64,000 nucleotides of DNA from contig CAJWPJ010000001.1 in assembly GCA_913045115.1 (NCBI GenBank), positions 7,415-71,414 of the forward strand. Direction: 5' to 3'. The stretch is from an uncultured Gammaproteobacteria bacterium (lineage in GTDB: Bacteria > Pseudomonadota > Gammaproteobacteria > GCA-002705445 > GCA-002716945). The notes under the pieces are model-generated. The model was not told where the DNA came from. It saw only the letters and a list, made by a program, of their open reading frames with translations, and ran no database searches. Below, piece after piece: positions 51,177 through 62,520 of the stretch; position 1 is the first letter of the stretch, and each line of letters starts with the position of its first letter. A program made the position numbers and the translations under genes.

Positions 51177-53167
51177 ACAATAGAACGTTGGCCAACGCGA
51201 TCAGGATGCTTAGCCTTGATGCAGTTAATGCTGCAAACTCAGGTCACCCAGGTGCGCCTATGGGAATGGCTGACATTGCAACAGTGTTGTGGAGGGAGTT
51301 TATTAAGCATAACCCGAGAAATCCAAACTGGTTTAATAGAGATAGGTTTGTTCTATCTAATGGCCATGGCTCTATGCTTTTATATTCATTACTTCACCTT
51401 ACTGGCTATAAACTCTCGATTAAAGACATTAAGAATTTCCGCCAACTTAATTCTCTCACTCCAGGTCACCCAGAGTGCGATATCACCGATGGGGTAGAGA
51501 CTACAACTGGTCCTCTCGGCCAAGGCCTTGCTAACGCTGTTGGCATGGCTATAGCGGAAAAAAATCTAGCTTCTGAATACAACAAGAAAGGCCATCAAAT
51601 AATAGACCATAATACTTACGTATTTGCTGGAGATGGTTGTTTAATGGAGGGTATTTCTCATGAAGTGTGTTCACTTGCTGGAACTTTGAAGTTGAATAAG
51701 TTGATTGTTTTTTATGATATGAACCAAATTTCTATTGATGGTAATGTTGATGGATGGTTTACAGAAAACATCCCATCGAGGTTTAAAAGTTATGGCTGGA
51801 ACGTGATTAATAATGTTAACGGTCATGATTTTGTCAGTATCAGAAAAGCAATTAATTCTGCCAAGCTAGAGAAAGCAAGACCAACTATAATATGTTGTAA
51901 GACCGTTATAGGATATGGCTCTCCAAAATTTCAAGGAACAAGTAAAGCACATGGGGCTCCTCTTGGAATGGAAGAGGCTGAAGTTGTAAGAAAGAAATTA
52001 AACTGGAAACATAAACCATTTATAATTCCCAGAGATATCTATGAGAAATGGAGCGGACATGCCAAAGGTGAGAAGTATGAGAAGGCATGGAATTCAAAAT
52101 TCAATAAATATAAAAAATCATTCCCTAAAGAATCATTAGATTTAAAAAGAAGGATTAAATCCAACGTACCACAAACTGTTGTTACAAAGCTTAATAAATT
52201 CATGTCTAAGACTCATAAGCCGATGGCTACAAGAAAATCATCACAAGTTGTTATGTCAGAGTTTGGAAGGTTGATGCCTGAACTTATAGGTGGATCAGCG
52301 GATCTTAAAGGATCAAATTTATCTTATTATGATGAAATGGACACATTTTCGCACTCTAACCCTTCTGGAAAATATATTTACTATGGAGTAAGAGAGTTTG
52401 GAATGTCTGCAATTTCTAATGGAATTTTCCTTCATGGGGCAATGAGACCATTTGCTAGCACATTTCTAATATTTTCAGAGTATGCAAAAAATGCAATTAG
52501 AATGTCCGCATTGATGAAGTTACCAATTATCTATATTTTTACTCATGACTCCATTGGTTTAGGAGAGGACGGCCCTACACACCAATCTGTCGAACAACTG
52601 TCGTCTCTTAGACTTGTTCCCGGTTTAGATGTTTGGAGACCTGCAGACACTCAAGAAACGGCGGCTGCTTGGAGAGAAGCACTTCAATCTAAAGAAAGGC
52701 CCTCAGCATTTGCACTATCAAGACAAAGCCTTCAGGAGATACCTAAAACAAATAAACAAATTAATGAGATGACCAGAGGGGGATATGTTTTGCATGGTGA
52801 AGCTACAAAACCTGACGCCATAATAATTGCCAGTGGCTCTGAGGTATCAATATCTGTGGATGCTGCCGCACAGCTCAAAAATGATAATATTAACGTACGA
52901 GTAATATCAATGCCTTGTCAGGAAGCGTATAATAGGCAACCTGATTCATATAAGAATAAGTGTATACCCATAAATTTTGATAACATACTCGCAATTGAAT
53001 CAGGAGTCGGTGAGAGTTGGCACAAATTTATAGGTAAAAACGGCGCGCTGATATCCATGGAGTCTTTTGGATTATCTGGTACAGGCAACGATGTCATGAA
53101 ACATTTCGGATTTAGTGTCAGTAATATTAAGCAAAAAATAAAAAAATTAATTAAAAAAAATAGGTGA
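51161..53167 (+). CDS. tkt: transketolase
   Basis: 668 aa with the TPP-binding [11 protein letters not shown] and GDGCLMEG. Confidence 0.95.
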   Translation: MEKKMNNRTLANAIRMLSLDAVNAANSGHPGAPMGMADIATVLWREFIKHNPRNPNWFNRDRFVLSNGHGSMLLYSLLHLTGYKLSIKDIKNFRQLNSLTPGHPECDITDGVETTTGPLGQGLANAVGMAIAEKNLASEYNKKGHQIIDHNTYVFAGDGCLMEGISHEVCSLAGTLKLNKLIVFYDMNQISIDGNVDGWFTENIPSRFKSYGWNVINNVNGHDFVSIRKAINSAKLEKARPTIICCKTVIGYGSPKFQGTSKAHGAPLGMEEAEVVRKKLNWKHKPFIIPRDIYEKWSGHAKGEKYEKAWNSKFNKYKKSFPKESLDLKRRIKSNVPQTVVTKLNKFMSKTHKPMATRKSSQVVMSEFGRLMPELIGGSADLKGSNLSYYDEMDTFSHSNPSGKYIYYGVREFGMSAISNGIFLHGAMRPFASTFLIFSEYAKNAIRMSALMKLPIIYIFTHDSIGLGEDGPTHQSVEQLSSLRLVPGLDVWRPADTQETAAAWREALQSKERPSAFALSRQSLQEIPKTNKQINEMTRGGYVLHGEATKPDAIIIASGSEVSISVDAAAQLKNDNINVRVISMPCQEAYNRQPDSYKNKCIPINFDNILAIESGVGESWHKFIGKNGALISMESFGLSGTGNDVMKHFGFSVSNIKQKIKKLIKKNR

Positions 53168-53171
53168 GAGT

Positions 53172-54182
53172 ATGACAATAAGAGTAGCGATAAATGGATT
53201 TGGACGCATAGGAAGAAATATACTAAGAGCTAAATACGAAAATGATAGTTACAATGACATACAAGTCGTAGCGATAAATGATCTTGGAGATAGCAATATT
53301 AATGCTCATCTCTTAGTGCATGACAGTGTGCATGGAAAATTTCACAAACATGTAGAAGTAGAAGAAAACAAGATAATTATAGACAACAAGGATGAAATAT
53401 TAGTGACATCAGAGAGAAACCCTGAAGCTTTACCATGGGAAAAGCTGGATATTGATGTTGTGTTCGAATGTACGGGAATATTTGTATCCAAAGATAAAGC
53501 TGGCGGTCATATTAAAGCGGGAGCGAAAAAGGTAATAATCTCAGCTCCTGGAAAAGAGGTAGATAACACTGTGGTCTTTGGTGTCAATCATGAGACATTA
53601 ACTGATGATCAGACAGTTATATCTAATGCATCATGCACTACTAACTGCCTAGCAACAGTAATAAACAATATACATAAAAATTTAAATATTACACATGGTC
53701 TTATGACAACTGTTCATGCATACACAAATGATCAGGTTTTGACAGATGTGTATCATACAGATTTGAGGAGAGCACGATCAGCTACGCAATCAATGATTCC
53801 AACCAAAACTGGTGCTGCCGCTGCGGTAGGTCTTGTAATGCCGGAATTGAACGGCAAACTTGACGGCTTTGCTATAAGAGTGCCTACAACAAACGTTTCT
53901 ATTGTGGATTTATGTTTTAACACAAGTAAGTCCAGTACTGTCGATGAACTCAATAGTCTCGTTTTAGAATCCTCAGAAAATGAAATGAACGGAATTGTTG
54001 GTTACAATAGCTTGCCTTTAGTGTCCATTGATTTTAATCATTCTTCTTTCTCATCTGTTTATGATGAGAGCCTTACTAGAGCTTCAGAAGATAAGTTATA
54101 CAAGATATGTGCCTGGTATGATAATGAATGGGGTTTTTCAAATCGAATGCTTGATGTTACAAAACATTGGATTAAACAATAG
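53172..54182 (+). CDS. gap: glyceraldehyde-3-phosphate dehydrogenase
   Basis: INGFGRIGR at the N-terminus and ASCTTNCLA at the active site. Confidence 0.95.
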   Translation: MTIRVAINGFGRIGRNILRAKYENDSYNDIQVVAINDLGDSNINAHLLVHDSVHGKFHKHVEVEENKIIIDNKDEILVTSERNPEALPWEKLDIDVVFECTGIFVSKDKAGGHIKAGAKKVIISAPGKEVDNTVVFGVNHETLTDDQTVISNASCTTNCLATVINNIHKNLNITHGLMTTVHAYTNDQVLTDVYHTDLRRARSATQSMIPTKTGAAAAVGLVMPELNGKLDGFAIRVPTTNVSIVDLCFNTSKSSTVDELNSLVLESSENEMNGIVGYNSLPLVSIDFNHSSFSSVYDESLTRASEDKLYKICAWYDNEWGFSNRMLDVTKHWIKQ

Positions 54183-55312
54183 TGCAACTAGAAGATATAG
54201 TATCTAAAAGAGTTCTTATTAGATTTGATTATAATGTTCCGATGGGAGATGGAGCTATAGTTAATGATTTTAGAATAAGACAGACATATGCAACTATAAA
54301 AGCTCTTCTTCGTAACAATAATAAATTAATTATAACCTCTCATTTTGGAAGGCCGATTGAAGGTACATTCGATGAATCATTCTCACTTAAGCCTATTTGT
54401 AAATACCTATCTGACAAGCTAGAAATAAATATTGAGTTTATCAAGGATATTCCTGATGAAATTAACTTCTCAAATTATGACGTTGCAATGCTAGAGAACG
54501 CTAGATTTAACATTGGAGAGAAACGATGCGATCCTAAATTATCTCAAAGACTTGCCTCGCTCGCTGATATATTTGTTTTCGATGCTTTTGGAGTTTCTCA
54601 TAGAGAGGAATGTACGACCGTAGGAGTCACAGATTACCTTGATTCAGTTGCAGGGTTAAATATTAAGCATGAGATTAATACTATAAAGAAACTTGTTGAG
54701 TCAAAATCTAGACCAATGACAATAATCATATCTGGTGCAAAAGTTTCTACAAAAATTGTTCTTATTAAAAAACTTCTTGAAAAATGTGACAATATGATTT
54801 TAGGTGGCGGTATATTGAATACATTTCTCAAAGCAAAAGGATATGAGGTAGGATCATCTCTTTTAGAGGATAACTTTATTCAGGAAGCTAGAGAAATTCT
54901 TGAATCTGATTCAACAAATAAAATCTTATTCCCATCTGATTTGTTGTGCCAGTCTAAAAAAGGCGTAGCCAATATTGATGTGTCATCTATTTCTAAAAAT
55001 GATGTGATTTACGATATCGGCACTAGAAGTATCGAAAAGATTAAAGACATCGTAAAGAAATCATCTTCTGTTTTTTGGAATGGACCACTAGGGTACATCG
55101 AAAAAAAGCCATTTAATAGGGGAACCGAGGAATTAGCAAAATCAATTGCAGAGCATAACTGTTTTTCTATAGTAGGTGGTGGTGATACACTACCGATTAT
55201 TGAAAGTTTAAATTTACAAGATAACTATGATTGTTTATCCACAGGGGGCGGTTCTCTTCTAAGCTACTTAGAAGGAGGTTCTCTACCAATTTTAGATAAA
55301 CTGAATCTATGA
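54182..55312 (+). CDS. pgk: phosphoglycerate kinase
   Basis: 376 aa of the PGK family (RFDYNVP, SHFGRP). It starts on GTG overlapping the gap stop. Confidence 0.9.
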   Translation: MQLEDIVSKRVLIRFDYNVPMGDGAIVNDFRIRQTYATIKALLRNNNKLIITSHFGRPIEGTFDESFSLKPICKYLSDKLEINIEFIKDIPDEINFSNYDVAMLENARFNIGEKRCDPKLSQRLASLADIFVFDAFGVSHREECTTVGVTDYLDSVAGLNIKHEINTIKKLVESKSRPMTIIISGAKVSTKIVLIKKLLEKCDNMILGGGILNTFLKAKGYEVGSSLLEDNFIQEAREILESDSTNKILFPSDLLCQSKKGVANIDVSSISKNDVIYDIGTRSIEKIKDIVKKSSSVFWNGPLGYIEKKPFNRGTEELAKSIAEHNCFSIVGGGDTLPIIESLNLQDNYDCLSTGGGSLLSYLEGGSLPILDKLNL

Positions 55313-55313
55313 A

Positions 55314-56753
55314 ATGAAGAAAAGAACAAAAATTATAGCAACTTTAGGCCCAGCCTCTACAACAACAAGTAAAATTGAGAATATGATGCATGCAGGTGCA
55401 GATGTCTTTAGGATAAATCTATCTCACGCATCGATAGATGATGCAAAAAAAATAATCCAACTTGTAAGAAACCAAGAACAGAAATTAGGAAGACCTGTAG
55501 CAATAATGTTAGATCTTCAGGGGCAAAAGGTTAGAATTAAAGGGTTTGGTAAGAAGCCATATATTACTCTCAAAACTGGCGATAAGTTTTCTATAGATAC
55601 GAGGTTAAATGACAATGGTACTCAAAAATCTGTAGGTGTAACATTTAAAAACTTACACAAAAATGTCAAACCTGGAGACGAGCTTTTACTTAGTGATGCG
55701 CTCATTAAACTAAAAGTTGAGAATATCAAATCAAACGTAATTGAAACTGTTGTTCAAAGAGGCGGTAAGTTAAAACCCTATCAAGGAGTAAATAAAAAAG
55801 GCGGCGGTCTCTCATTATCAGGTATTACACAAAAAGACAAAACTGACTTAAAAAAATCACTTTCTTTAGAATACGATTACGTAGCTGTTTCGTTTGTTCA
55901 AGATGAAAGCGATATAAATAACATTAGAAAAATTGTTAAGAAAAAAGATATTAAAATAATCGCTAAAATAGAACGGAATGAAGCGATTAATAAAATCGAT
56001 AAGATCACTAAAGCTGCAGATGGATTATTAGTAGCTCGTGGAGATCTTGGAGTTGAAATAGGGATTGAGCAACTACCTGCCACTCAGAAATTACTTATCA
56101 GGAAGGCAATTTCATTTGATAAAATAGTTATTGTTGCTACACAAATGATGGAATCTATGATCACTAATAGAGTGCCTACGCGAGCAGAAGTCTTCGATGT
56201 CGCAAATGCAGTAACGTCTGGCGTTGATGCAATTATGTTTTCTGCAGAAACTGCAATCGGAAAGTATCCGTCAGAGGTTATAAGTGAGGCAAGTAGGATT
56301 TGCATCGAGTCAGAGGGAGCTTATATAAGACCTTTGTCTGTGGATAGAGTCGTGCCAAAAACACTTCCAGTTGATCAAGTAATAGCATTATCTGCTGTCT
56401 ATAGTGCAAAACTTACTAAAGTTGTAGCTATTGCAGCTCTAACAGAAACTGGTTCTACCGCACTATGGATGTCCCGAGTACAGTCTAATATACCAATCTA
56501 TGCTATGACCCAAAATGACAGAACTAGCAGGAGAATCTGTCTTTATAAAGGGGTGCAATCTATCAAGCTTGATAAATTAGAGGAGAATCACGCTCAGGCT
56601 AACATGCAGGTTATTTCTTTAATGAGAAAGATTGGAACTGTTAAAAAAGGTGATTTAGTTATCATCACCAAAGGCGATTTGTTAGGTACTAGCGGAGGTA
56701 CTAACGCGATGAAAGTAGTTGAAGTTGGTAATATGATTGAGATAAATGAATAA
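55314..56753 (+). CDS. pyk: pyruvate kinase
   Basis: 479 aa with TKIIATLGPAS at the N-terminus and MVARGDLGVEI. Confidence 0.9.
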   Translation: MKKRTKIIATLGPASTTTSKIENMMHAGADVFRINLSHASIDDAKKIIQLVRNQEQKLGRPVAIMLDLQGQKVRIKGFGKKPYITLKTGDKFSIDTRLNDNGTQKSVGVTFKNLHKNVKPGDELLLSDALIKLKVENIKSNVIETVVQRGGKLKPYQGVNKKGGGLSLSGITQKDKTDLKKSLSLEYDYVAVSFVQDESDINNIRKIVKKKDIKIIAKIERNEAINKIDKITKAADGLLVARGDLGVEIGIEQLPATQKLLIRKAISFDKIVIVATQMMESMITNRVPTRAEVFDVANAVTSGVDAIMFSAETAIGKYPSEVISEASRICIESEGAYIRPLSVDRVVPKTLPVDQVIALSAVYSAKLTKVVAIAALTETGSTALWMSRVQSNIPIYAMTQNDRTSRRICLYKGVQSIKLDKLEENHAQANMQVISLMRKIGTVKKGDLVIITKGDLLGTSGGTNAMKVVEVGNMIEINE

Positions 56754-56764
56754 GGAGAAGTCTA

Positions 56765-57760
56765 ATGGATACAAATATATTAGTTGAAACAGCAAAAAAA
56801 ATGATGGAGAAACCAAAAGGCATTTTAGCCATGGATGAGAGTAGTCCAACAATTGCTAAACGTCTTGCGTCAATCAACGTAGATAACAATGAGACCAACA
56901 GAAGACGTTATAGAGAACTTATTGTCACTGCACCTAACCTATCAAACTTCATTAGTGGCGCTATCCTTTTTGAGGAGACATTCGATCAAAAGATGGAGGA
57001 TGGTACTTTATTCAGAGACTATCTTGACACAATCGGTATTCTACCTGGCATAAAAGTTGATAAAGGCGCTAAAGATTTCTCTTGCCATCCTGATGAGAAA
57101 ATTACAGAAGGATTAGATGGTCTTCGAGATAGGTTAGCAACATATTACCAGAAGGGGGCAAAGTTTTGTAAATGGAGGGCTGTTATCACAATAGGAAATG
57201 ATATCCCATCAGATGCATGTATAGAATCAAATATGAATGCTTTAGCAAGATATGCATCTCTATGTCAGGAAAATAATTTAGTGCCTATTGTTGAGCCTGA
57301 GGTATTAATAAATGGATCGCACAGTATTGATAGATGTGATGAGGTAACACGAAAATCATTGCACTCTCTATTTAATCAGTTGAAAATGATAAATGTATTT
57401 CTACCAGGAACTATACTGAAACCCAGTATGGTTATATCTGGACAAGAAAATGACTCAAGAGCAGATCAGGAAGAAGTTGCAACCAAGACAATTGCTTGTC
57501 TAAAAGATTGTGTTCCAACTGACACTGCTGGAATAGCATTTTTATCTGGTGGACAAACTGATGCAGAAGCAGAATCTCACTTAAATATAATGAATCAGAA
57601 AAATGATTTACCATGGAGAGTAACATTTTCTTATGCTAGGGCAATACAGGCTGCAGCGCTTGCTGCTTGGCAGGGGAAAGACGATAACTTAGTTACATCT
57701 CAGAGTATCTTAATAGATAGAGCTCAAAGGTGCTCAAACTCCTCTATTGGAAAGCTTTAG
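56765..57760 (+). CDS. fba: fructose-bisphosphate aldolase, class I (eukaryotic-type)
   Basis: GILAMDESSPTIAKRL...NRRRYRELI closely follows the class I muscle-type aldolase N-terminus. RBS GGAGAAG is upstream. Confidence 0.85.
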   Translation: MDTNILVETAKKMMEKPKGILAMDESSPTIAKRLASINVDNNETNRRRYRELIVTAPNLSNFISGAILFEETFDQKMEDGTLFRDYLDTIGILPGIKVDKGAKDFSCHPDEKITEGLDGLRDRLATYYQKGAKFCKWRAVITIGNDIPSDACIESNMNALARYASLCQENNLVPIVEPEVLINGSHSIDRCDEVTRKSLHSLFNQLKMINVFLPGTILKPSMVISGQENDSRADQEEVATKTIACLKDCVPTDTAGIAFLSGGQTDAEAESHLNIMNQKNDLPWRVTFSYARAIQAAALAAWQGKDDNLVTSQSILIDRAQRCSNSSIGKL

Positions 57761-58396
57761 TAAACGACAGATTTCCATATATATTTTTTTTGTAGAGGAA
57801 GTATCTATGTAATTTAATACTGGTATGTCAGTATATTTTTTAATTTCTGAAAGATTAGCCATTGTATTTTTTTTGATAGTATTAAGTATGATTAAATCTA
57901 ATCTTGCTTTATATTTTTCAAAGGCATAAATATTAGATATTGTGCTACTTATACAACCAAGTTCATCTTTCACTACAAGAATATTAAATGATTTAATTAA
58001 TTTCATCAGATCTATATTTAACCCATCAAGAGCAAATGGTGAGAATGCCCCACCTGCCCCTTCAACTAATATTGATGAACTTCTTAGATTTTGAAGTTTG
58101 TTGATATAATTTTTTAGGTAAATCCTTTTTTTCTCCCTTTTGATTGCTAGATAAGGTGATATGGGTTCAATGAATCTATAGGGATTAATTTTATCAAGCG
58201 ATACTTTATTATTAAGAGCACTATAGTATTTAGTGGAATCCGAGGGAGTTAAAACATTACCTCTCTTTGTGCAGCCTGTTTCAATTGGTTTAAATGCAAG
58301 ATATCCTACTTTCATTAAATGTTTTATTAATTTAATACCTATGAATGTTTTACCGACATCAGTATTAGTGCCTGTGATAAAGATATGTTTACTCAT
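57734..58396 (-). CDS. bioD: dethiobiotin synthetase
   Basis: A P-loop, FITGTNTDVGKT, at the N-terminus. It is convergent with fba and overlaps it by 27 nt. Confidence 0.85.
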   Translation of the reverse strand: MSKHIFITGTNTDVGKTFIGIKLIKHLMKVGYLAFKPIETGCTKRGNVLTPSDSTKYYSALNNKVSLDKINPYRFIEPISPYLAIKREKKRIYLKNYINKLQNLRSSSILVEGAGGAFSPFALDGLNIDLMKLIKSFNILVVKDELGCISSTISNIYAFEKYKARLDLIILNTIKKNTMANLSEIKKYTDIPVLNYIDTSSTKKIYMEICRLLKLSNRGV

Positions 58397-59246
58397 CTGT
58401 TATCATCTTCAACACGTCTGAATATTTAGAAATAATTCTATTCTTTACTGATTCAGGTATTACTACCTGTTGATTATTCCACTTAATGCTATCGAGATAA
58501 TTTCTAAAATACTGCTTGTCAAAATACTCTATGTGATTTTGTTTTAAATCTTTAGTAAGACAGTATCTAGAACAGTCAGGCGTGAATATTTCATCAATCA
58601 AGATCACATTATCATCTTTGTCATAACCGAACTCAAATTTAGTATCAAGTAATGTAAGGCCTTTTGATAACGCATGCTCATGAGCAAAGTTATATAATTC
58701 GAAACTCTTCTTTTTGATAAACTCAGATACATCTTTACCTATAAGGTCATACATTTCTTTTAATGATATATTCTGATCCTTATCACCCACATCAGCCTTC
58801 GTAGATGGTGTGAATATTGGTGATTCAAATTTATCATTGATATTCATGTTATCTTTGATAGTGATATCATTAATTTTTCCGTTTTCAGAATATTGCTTAA
58901 ATGCAGATCCAGAAATGTATCCTCTAACAATTGACTCTACCCTTATAGGCTTACATTTTCTCGCTAAAGTACAACTCTCGAATGTATTAGGAATAATTTT
59001 TTTTAGTTCGATATCATTAACAATATGGTTATCAATGATGTGTTTAGTTTTCTCGAACCAATATTTTGATATTTTTGTTAAAAGTGCGCCTTTATTTGGA
59101 AGCTCATCATCAAAAACAAAATCATAAGCAGATATTTTATCAGATGTTTTGATAAGTATATTGTCATCACTGAAATTATATACTTCTCTGATTTTCCCAG
59201 AGAACAAAGGTTTGCTCTCTAGGAAGTATTCATCTGTTTGTGTCAT
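58389..59246 (-). CDS. purC: phosphoribosylaminoimidazole-succinocarboxamide synthase (SAICAR synthetase, long form)
   Basis: 285 aa with GKIREVY near the N-terminus and the SAICAR synthetase fold motifs. Confidence 0.85.
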   Translation of the reverse strand: MTQTDEYFLESKPLFSGKIREVYNFSDDNILIKTSDKISAYDFVFDDELPNKGALLTKISKYWFEKTKHIIDNHIVNDIELKKIIPNTFESCTLARKCKPIRVESIVRGYISGSAFKQYSENGKINDITIKDNMNINDKFESPIFTPSTKADVGDKDQNISLKEMYDLIGKDVSEFIKKKSFELYNFAHEHALSKGLTLLDTKFEFGYDKDDNVILIDEIFTPDCSRYCLTKDLKQNHIEYFDKQYFRNYLDSIKWNNQQVVIPESVKNRIISKYSDVLKMITDE

Positions 59247-59249
59247 TGA

Positions 59250-59699
59250 TTACTTTAGTTGATTTATATAGCTAGAAAATCTCTCTTTGTTTGTTGCAAA
59301 CTTCTTCTCTTCTGAGGCTGCAAAGTCGGATGAAGCTGACAAATTTGTTAAGTCATTTCCAACAGCAATAATCCCGACCATACCTAAGATATAGTGAGGT
59401 GTGCATTTATAACCGTAGACGCCTTCTTTGTTGAAAGTTATTTTCAACTCCTCATTTATTTTACCATTCCATACCAGGCCGGCATCAGGTGTCATTTCAG
59501 CAATAGATGCAGTGTTGTGTCCAGGGTTTGTAGCTTTCCAAGTTACTGTATCTCCTGGAGCAATTTTAAGCACCGCAGGTTTAAAAACCATCATCTCACC
59601 ATTCGATGAACTGAGCATTTCAACAGTATGATCAGCGGCCATGACTGGTGTAGTTATAACAAAAACAATTGCTAGCAATATTTTTTTCATAATTTCCAT
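59250..59699 (-). CDS. pseudoazurin-type blue copper protein
   Basis: A signal peptide is followed by the type-1 Cu ligands His, Cys, His and Met in YKCTPHYILGMVG. Confidence 0.8.
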   Translation of the reverse strand: MEIMKKILLAIVFVITTPVMAADHTVEMLSSSNGEMMVFKPAVLKIAPGDTVTWKATNPGHNTASIAEMTPDAGLVWNGKINEELKITFNKEGVYGYKCTPHYILGMVGIIAVGNDLTNLSASSDFAASEEKKFATNKERFSSYINQLK

Positions 59700-59808
59700 A
59701 ATTTATCCTCTAAAATCCATGTTAAATTGGTTCCTTTAGTTTATCACAAAAAATAAATTTAATTCATGGTACTAATGACTTATACTGATTTGCAAAAGAT
59801 TTTGATTC

Positions 59809-60477
59809 ATGAATGATTATATTATAGCTCCCTCTATTCTATCTGCAGATTTTGCTAATTTGGGCGAGGATGTTTCTAAAGTTATAGATGCTGGAGCTGA
59901 CTTTATACATTTTGATGTTATGGATAACCATTATGTTCCAAATCTAACAGTAGGGCCAATGGTTTGTAAATCTCTCCGTGATTATGGTATCAAGTCAACC
60001 ATAGACGTGCATTTAATGATAAGTCCAGTTGATGAGATAATACCTGACTTTGCAAAAGCAGGAGCCAATTATATTACTTTCCATCCAGAGGCTACTAAGC
60101 ATGTCGATCGAACGATAAAACTCATAAAGGACAATGGCTGTATGCCAGGAGTGGTTCTAAACCCTGCTACGAATGTTTCTGTGCTGGAATACTGTTTGGA
60201 TCAAATAGATATGGTATTACTTATGTCTGTTAATCCTGGATTTGGTGGACAAAAGTTTATCGAATCTACATTCGACAAAATCGAAGAAGTTAGAGAGATG
60301 ATAGATGCTGTCAATCCATCAATAAGGTTGGAGGTAGACGGGGGTATAAATCTTGACAATATCGGCAAGGCTGCTAAATCTGGAGCAGACACATTTGTAG
60401 CAGGTTCAGCAATATTTAATTCAAAAAATTACAAACAAACAATTTCTCAAATGAGAGAGATTATATCAAAAGCTTAA
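59809..60477 (+). CDS. rpe: ribulose-phosphate 3-epimerase
   Basis: [22 protein letters not shown] and DGGIN. Confidence 0.95.
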   Translation: MNDYIIAPSILSADFANLGEDVSKVIDAGADFIHFDVMDNHYVPNLTVGPMVCKSLRDYGIKSTIDVHLMISPVDEIIPDFAKAGANYITFHPEATKHVDRTIKLIKDNGCMPGVVLNPATNVSVLEYCLDQIDMVLLMSVNPGFGGQKFIESTFDKIEEVREMIDAVNPSIRLEVDGGINLDNIGKAAKSGADTFVAGSAIFNSKNYKQTISQMREIISKA

Positions 60478-60487
60478 TTTTGAATTA

Positions 60488-61948
60488 ATGGAAATTAATG
60501 AATTTTTAAATAAGGCCAATGAAGGTTTTAATTTAATACCTATAATAGAAGAAATAGAATTCTTCGATAAAGAAGCAATCGATGTTTATTCAAATCATTT
60601 TGATGAAAAGAAATCATTTTTTTTTGAATCACTTGAAGGCGATAAAAATTGGAGTAGATATACAATAATAGGTTGTTCATCTGGTGATTTTATAGAAATT
60701 TATGGAGATATAATCCATAAATTTTCAGACTTTTCTTGTGATGAAGTAATTCAAGATCCTAATCCAGTAAGATGGCTAGAGAAATACTTCAAAGAGTTTA
60801 ATGCCTTTATCCCAAATAACCTTCCCTCGTTCTCAGGAGGATTTGTAGGACACTTCTCATTTGAATCCATTTGCTATTTTGAAGACACTATTAAAAGAAA
60901 AAAACAAAAAAATGATGTTAATGCACCCGATATATCATTAATAGTTTGCAAAGACTTTATAGTATTTGATAAAACCCAAAATAAAGTATTCATTGTAGTA
61001 TTCTCAGAATGCTTACAAAAAGATTATGAGAATAGCAAATCAAAAGTGAATGAATACAAGAAACTTCTTATGACAGATATTGATACCAATGTTGTCACAA
61101 AAACTAATCACACAACTGAGGTGAAGTATGATTTTAGTAAAGCCGAATTTTTATCAGCAGTTGAGCAGATTAAAAATTACATAACGAACGGTGATGTAAT
61201 GCAAGTTGTTCTTTCTCAAAGGATGACAATCAATTTTTCTGAAAAGCCCATAGACTTCTATAGAGAGTTGAGACAAATTAACCCATCACCATATATGTAT
61301 TATCTTAACATGGGCGAGTATACGGTAGTAGGATCCTCTCCTGAGATCTTGGTTAGGCTTGAGGATGAAAGAGTAACTGTTAGACCAATTGCAGGCACCA
61401 GACCAAGGAGTACTGACGATGAAGCCGATAAAAAGTATGAAATTGATTTATTGAATGATAAAAAAGAACTCGCAGAACATTTAATGCTCATTGATCTTGG
61501 TAGAAATGATATTGGCAGAATCTGCGAAACAGGAAGTGTTGTGCTCACTGATAAAATGATTATTGAGAGGTATTCGCACGTTATGCATATGGTTTCTAAT
61601 GTAGAGGGAATTATTAAGCCAAACTATTCTCTTTTTGATGTATTGAAAGCAACTTTCCCAGCTGGAACAGTATCTGGTGCACCCAAAATCAGAGCGCTTC
61701 AGATTATCTTTGAGCTTGAAAACATCACAAGAGGAATTTATGCTGGTGCAATAGGCTACCTAGGATGGAATGGTAATATGGATACTGCTATAGCTATAAG
61801 GACCTGTGTAATTAAGTCCGAGAGACTTCATATACAATGCGGCGCTGGAATAGTTTATGACTCCGTTCCAGAATTAGAGTGGGATGAAACTATCAACAAA
61901 GGTAAAGCTATTATAAAAGCAGTCGAGAGACTTAGGAATAAAACATGA
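60488..61948 (+). CDS. trpE: anthranilate synthase component I
   Basis: 486 aa of the chorismate-binding family with a C-terminal GAGIVYDS. Confidence 0.9.
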   Translation: MEINEFLNKANEGFNLIPIIEEIEFFDKEAIDVYSNHFDEKKSFFFESLEGDKNWSRYTIIGCSSGDFIEIYGDIIHKFSDFSCDEVIQDPNPVRWLEKYFKEFNAFIPNNLPSFSGGFVGHFSFESICYFEDTIKRKKQKNDVNAPDISLIVCKDFIVFDKTQNKVFIVVFSECLQKDYENSKSKVNEYKKLLMTDIDTNVVTKTNHTTEVKYDFSKAEFLSAVEQIKNYITNGDVMQVVLSQRMTINFSEKPIDFYRELRQINPSPYMYYLNMGEYTVVGSSPEILVRLEDERVTVRPIAGTRPRSTDDEADKKYEIDLLNDKKELAEHLMLIDLGRNDIGRICETGSVVLTDKMIIERYSHVMHMVSNVEGIIKPNYSLFDVLKATFPAGTVSGAPKIRALQIIFELENITRGIYAGAIGYLGWNGNMDTAIAIRTCVIKSERLHIQCGAGIVYDSVPELEWDETINKGKAIIKAVERLRNKT

Positions 61949-62520
61949 TTTTAATGATAGATAATTATGATTCCTTCACATTTAACATAGTTCAATATTT
62001 GGGAGAATTAGGAGCAGATGTTGTTGTCAAAAGAAATGATGAGGTTTCAATAGATGAAATTGGAAAACTCAATCCTGATAGAATCGTAATATCACCTGGC
62101 CCTTGCACACCTAATGAGGCGGGTGTGTCAATTGATGTAGTCAAAAACTTTTATCAAAAAAAACCTATACTTGGAGTCTGTCTCGGTCATCAGACTATAG
62201 GTCAAGCCTTTGGTGGTAAAATTGTCTCTGCAAAACGAATAATGCATGGCAAAACATCGAAGATTTACCATGATGGAGATCATTTATTTGAAAATATCCA
62301 GCAAAACTTTACTGCAACTAGATATCACTCTTTAGTTATTGACGAAGAAAGTTTGCCAGATAGTCTCATCATTACTGCAAGGACTGATGAAAGTGAAAAT
62401 GAGTCTGAAATAATGGGCATAAGACATAAGGAATATAGATTGTTTGGCGTACAATTTCATCCAGAGTCAATTCTTACAGAATCTGGCCATAAACTTCTCG
62501 AGAATTTTTTAAATGTTTAA
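61945..62520 (+). CDS. trpG: anthranilate synthase component II (glutamine amidotransferase)
   Basis: GVCLGHQ and FHPES. Confidence 0.9.
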   Translation: MILMIDNYDSFTFNIVQYLGELGADVVVKRNDEVSIDEIGKLNPDRIVISPGPCTPNEAGVSIDVVKNFYQKKPILGVCLGHQTIGQAFGGKIVSAKRIMHGKTSKIYHDGDHLFENIQQNFTATRYHSLVIDEESLPDSLIITARTDESENESEIMGIRHKEYRLFGVQFHPESILTESGHKLLENFLNV

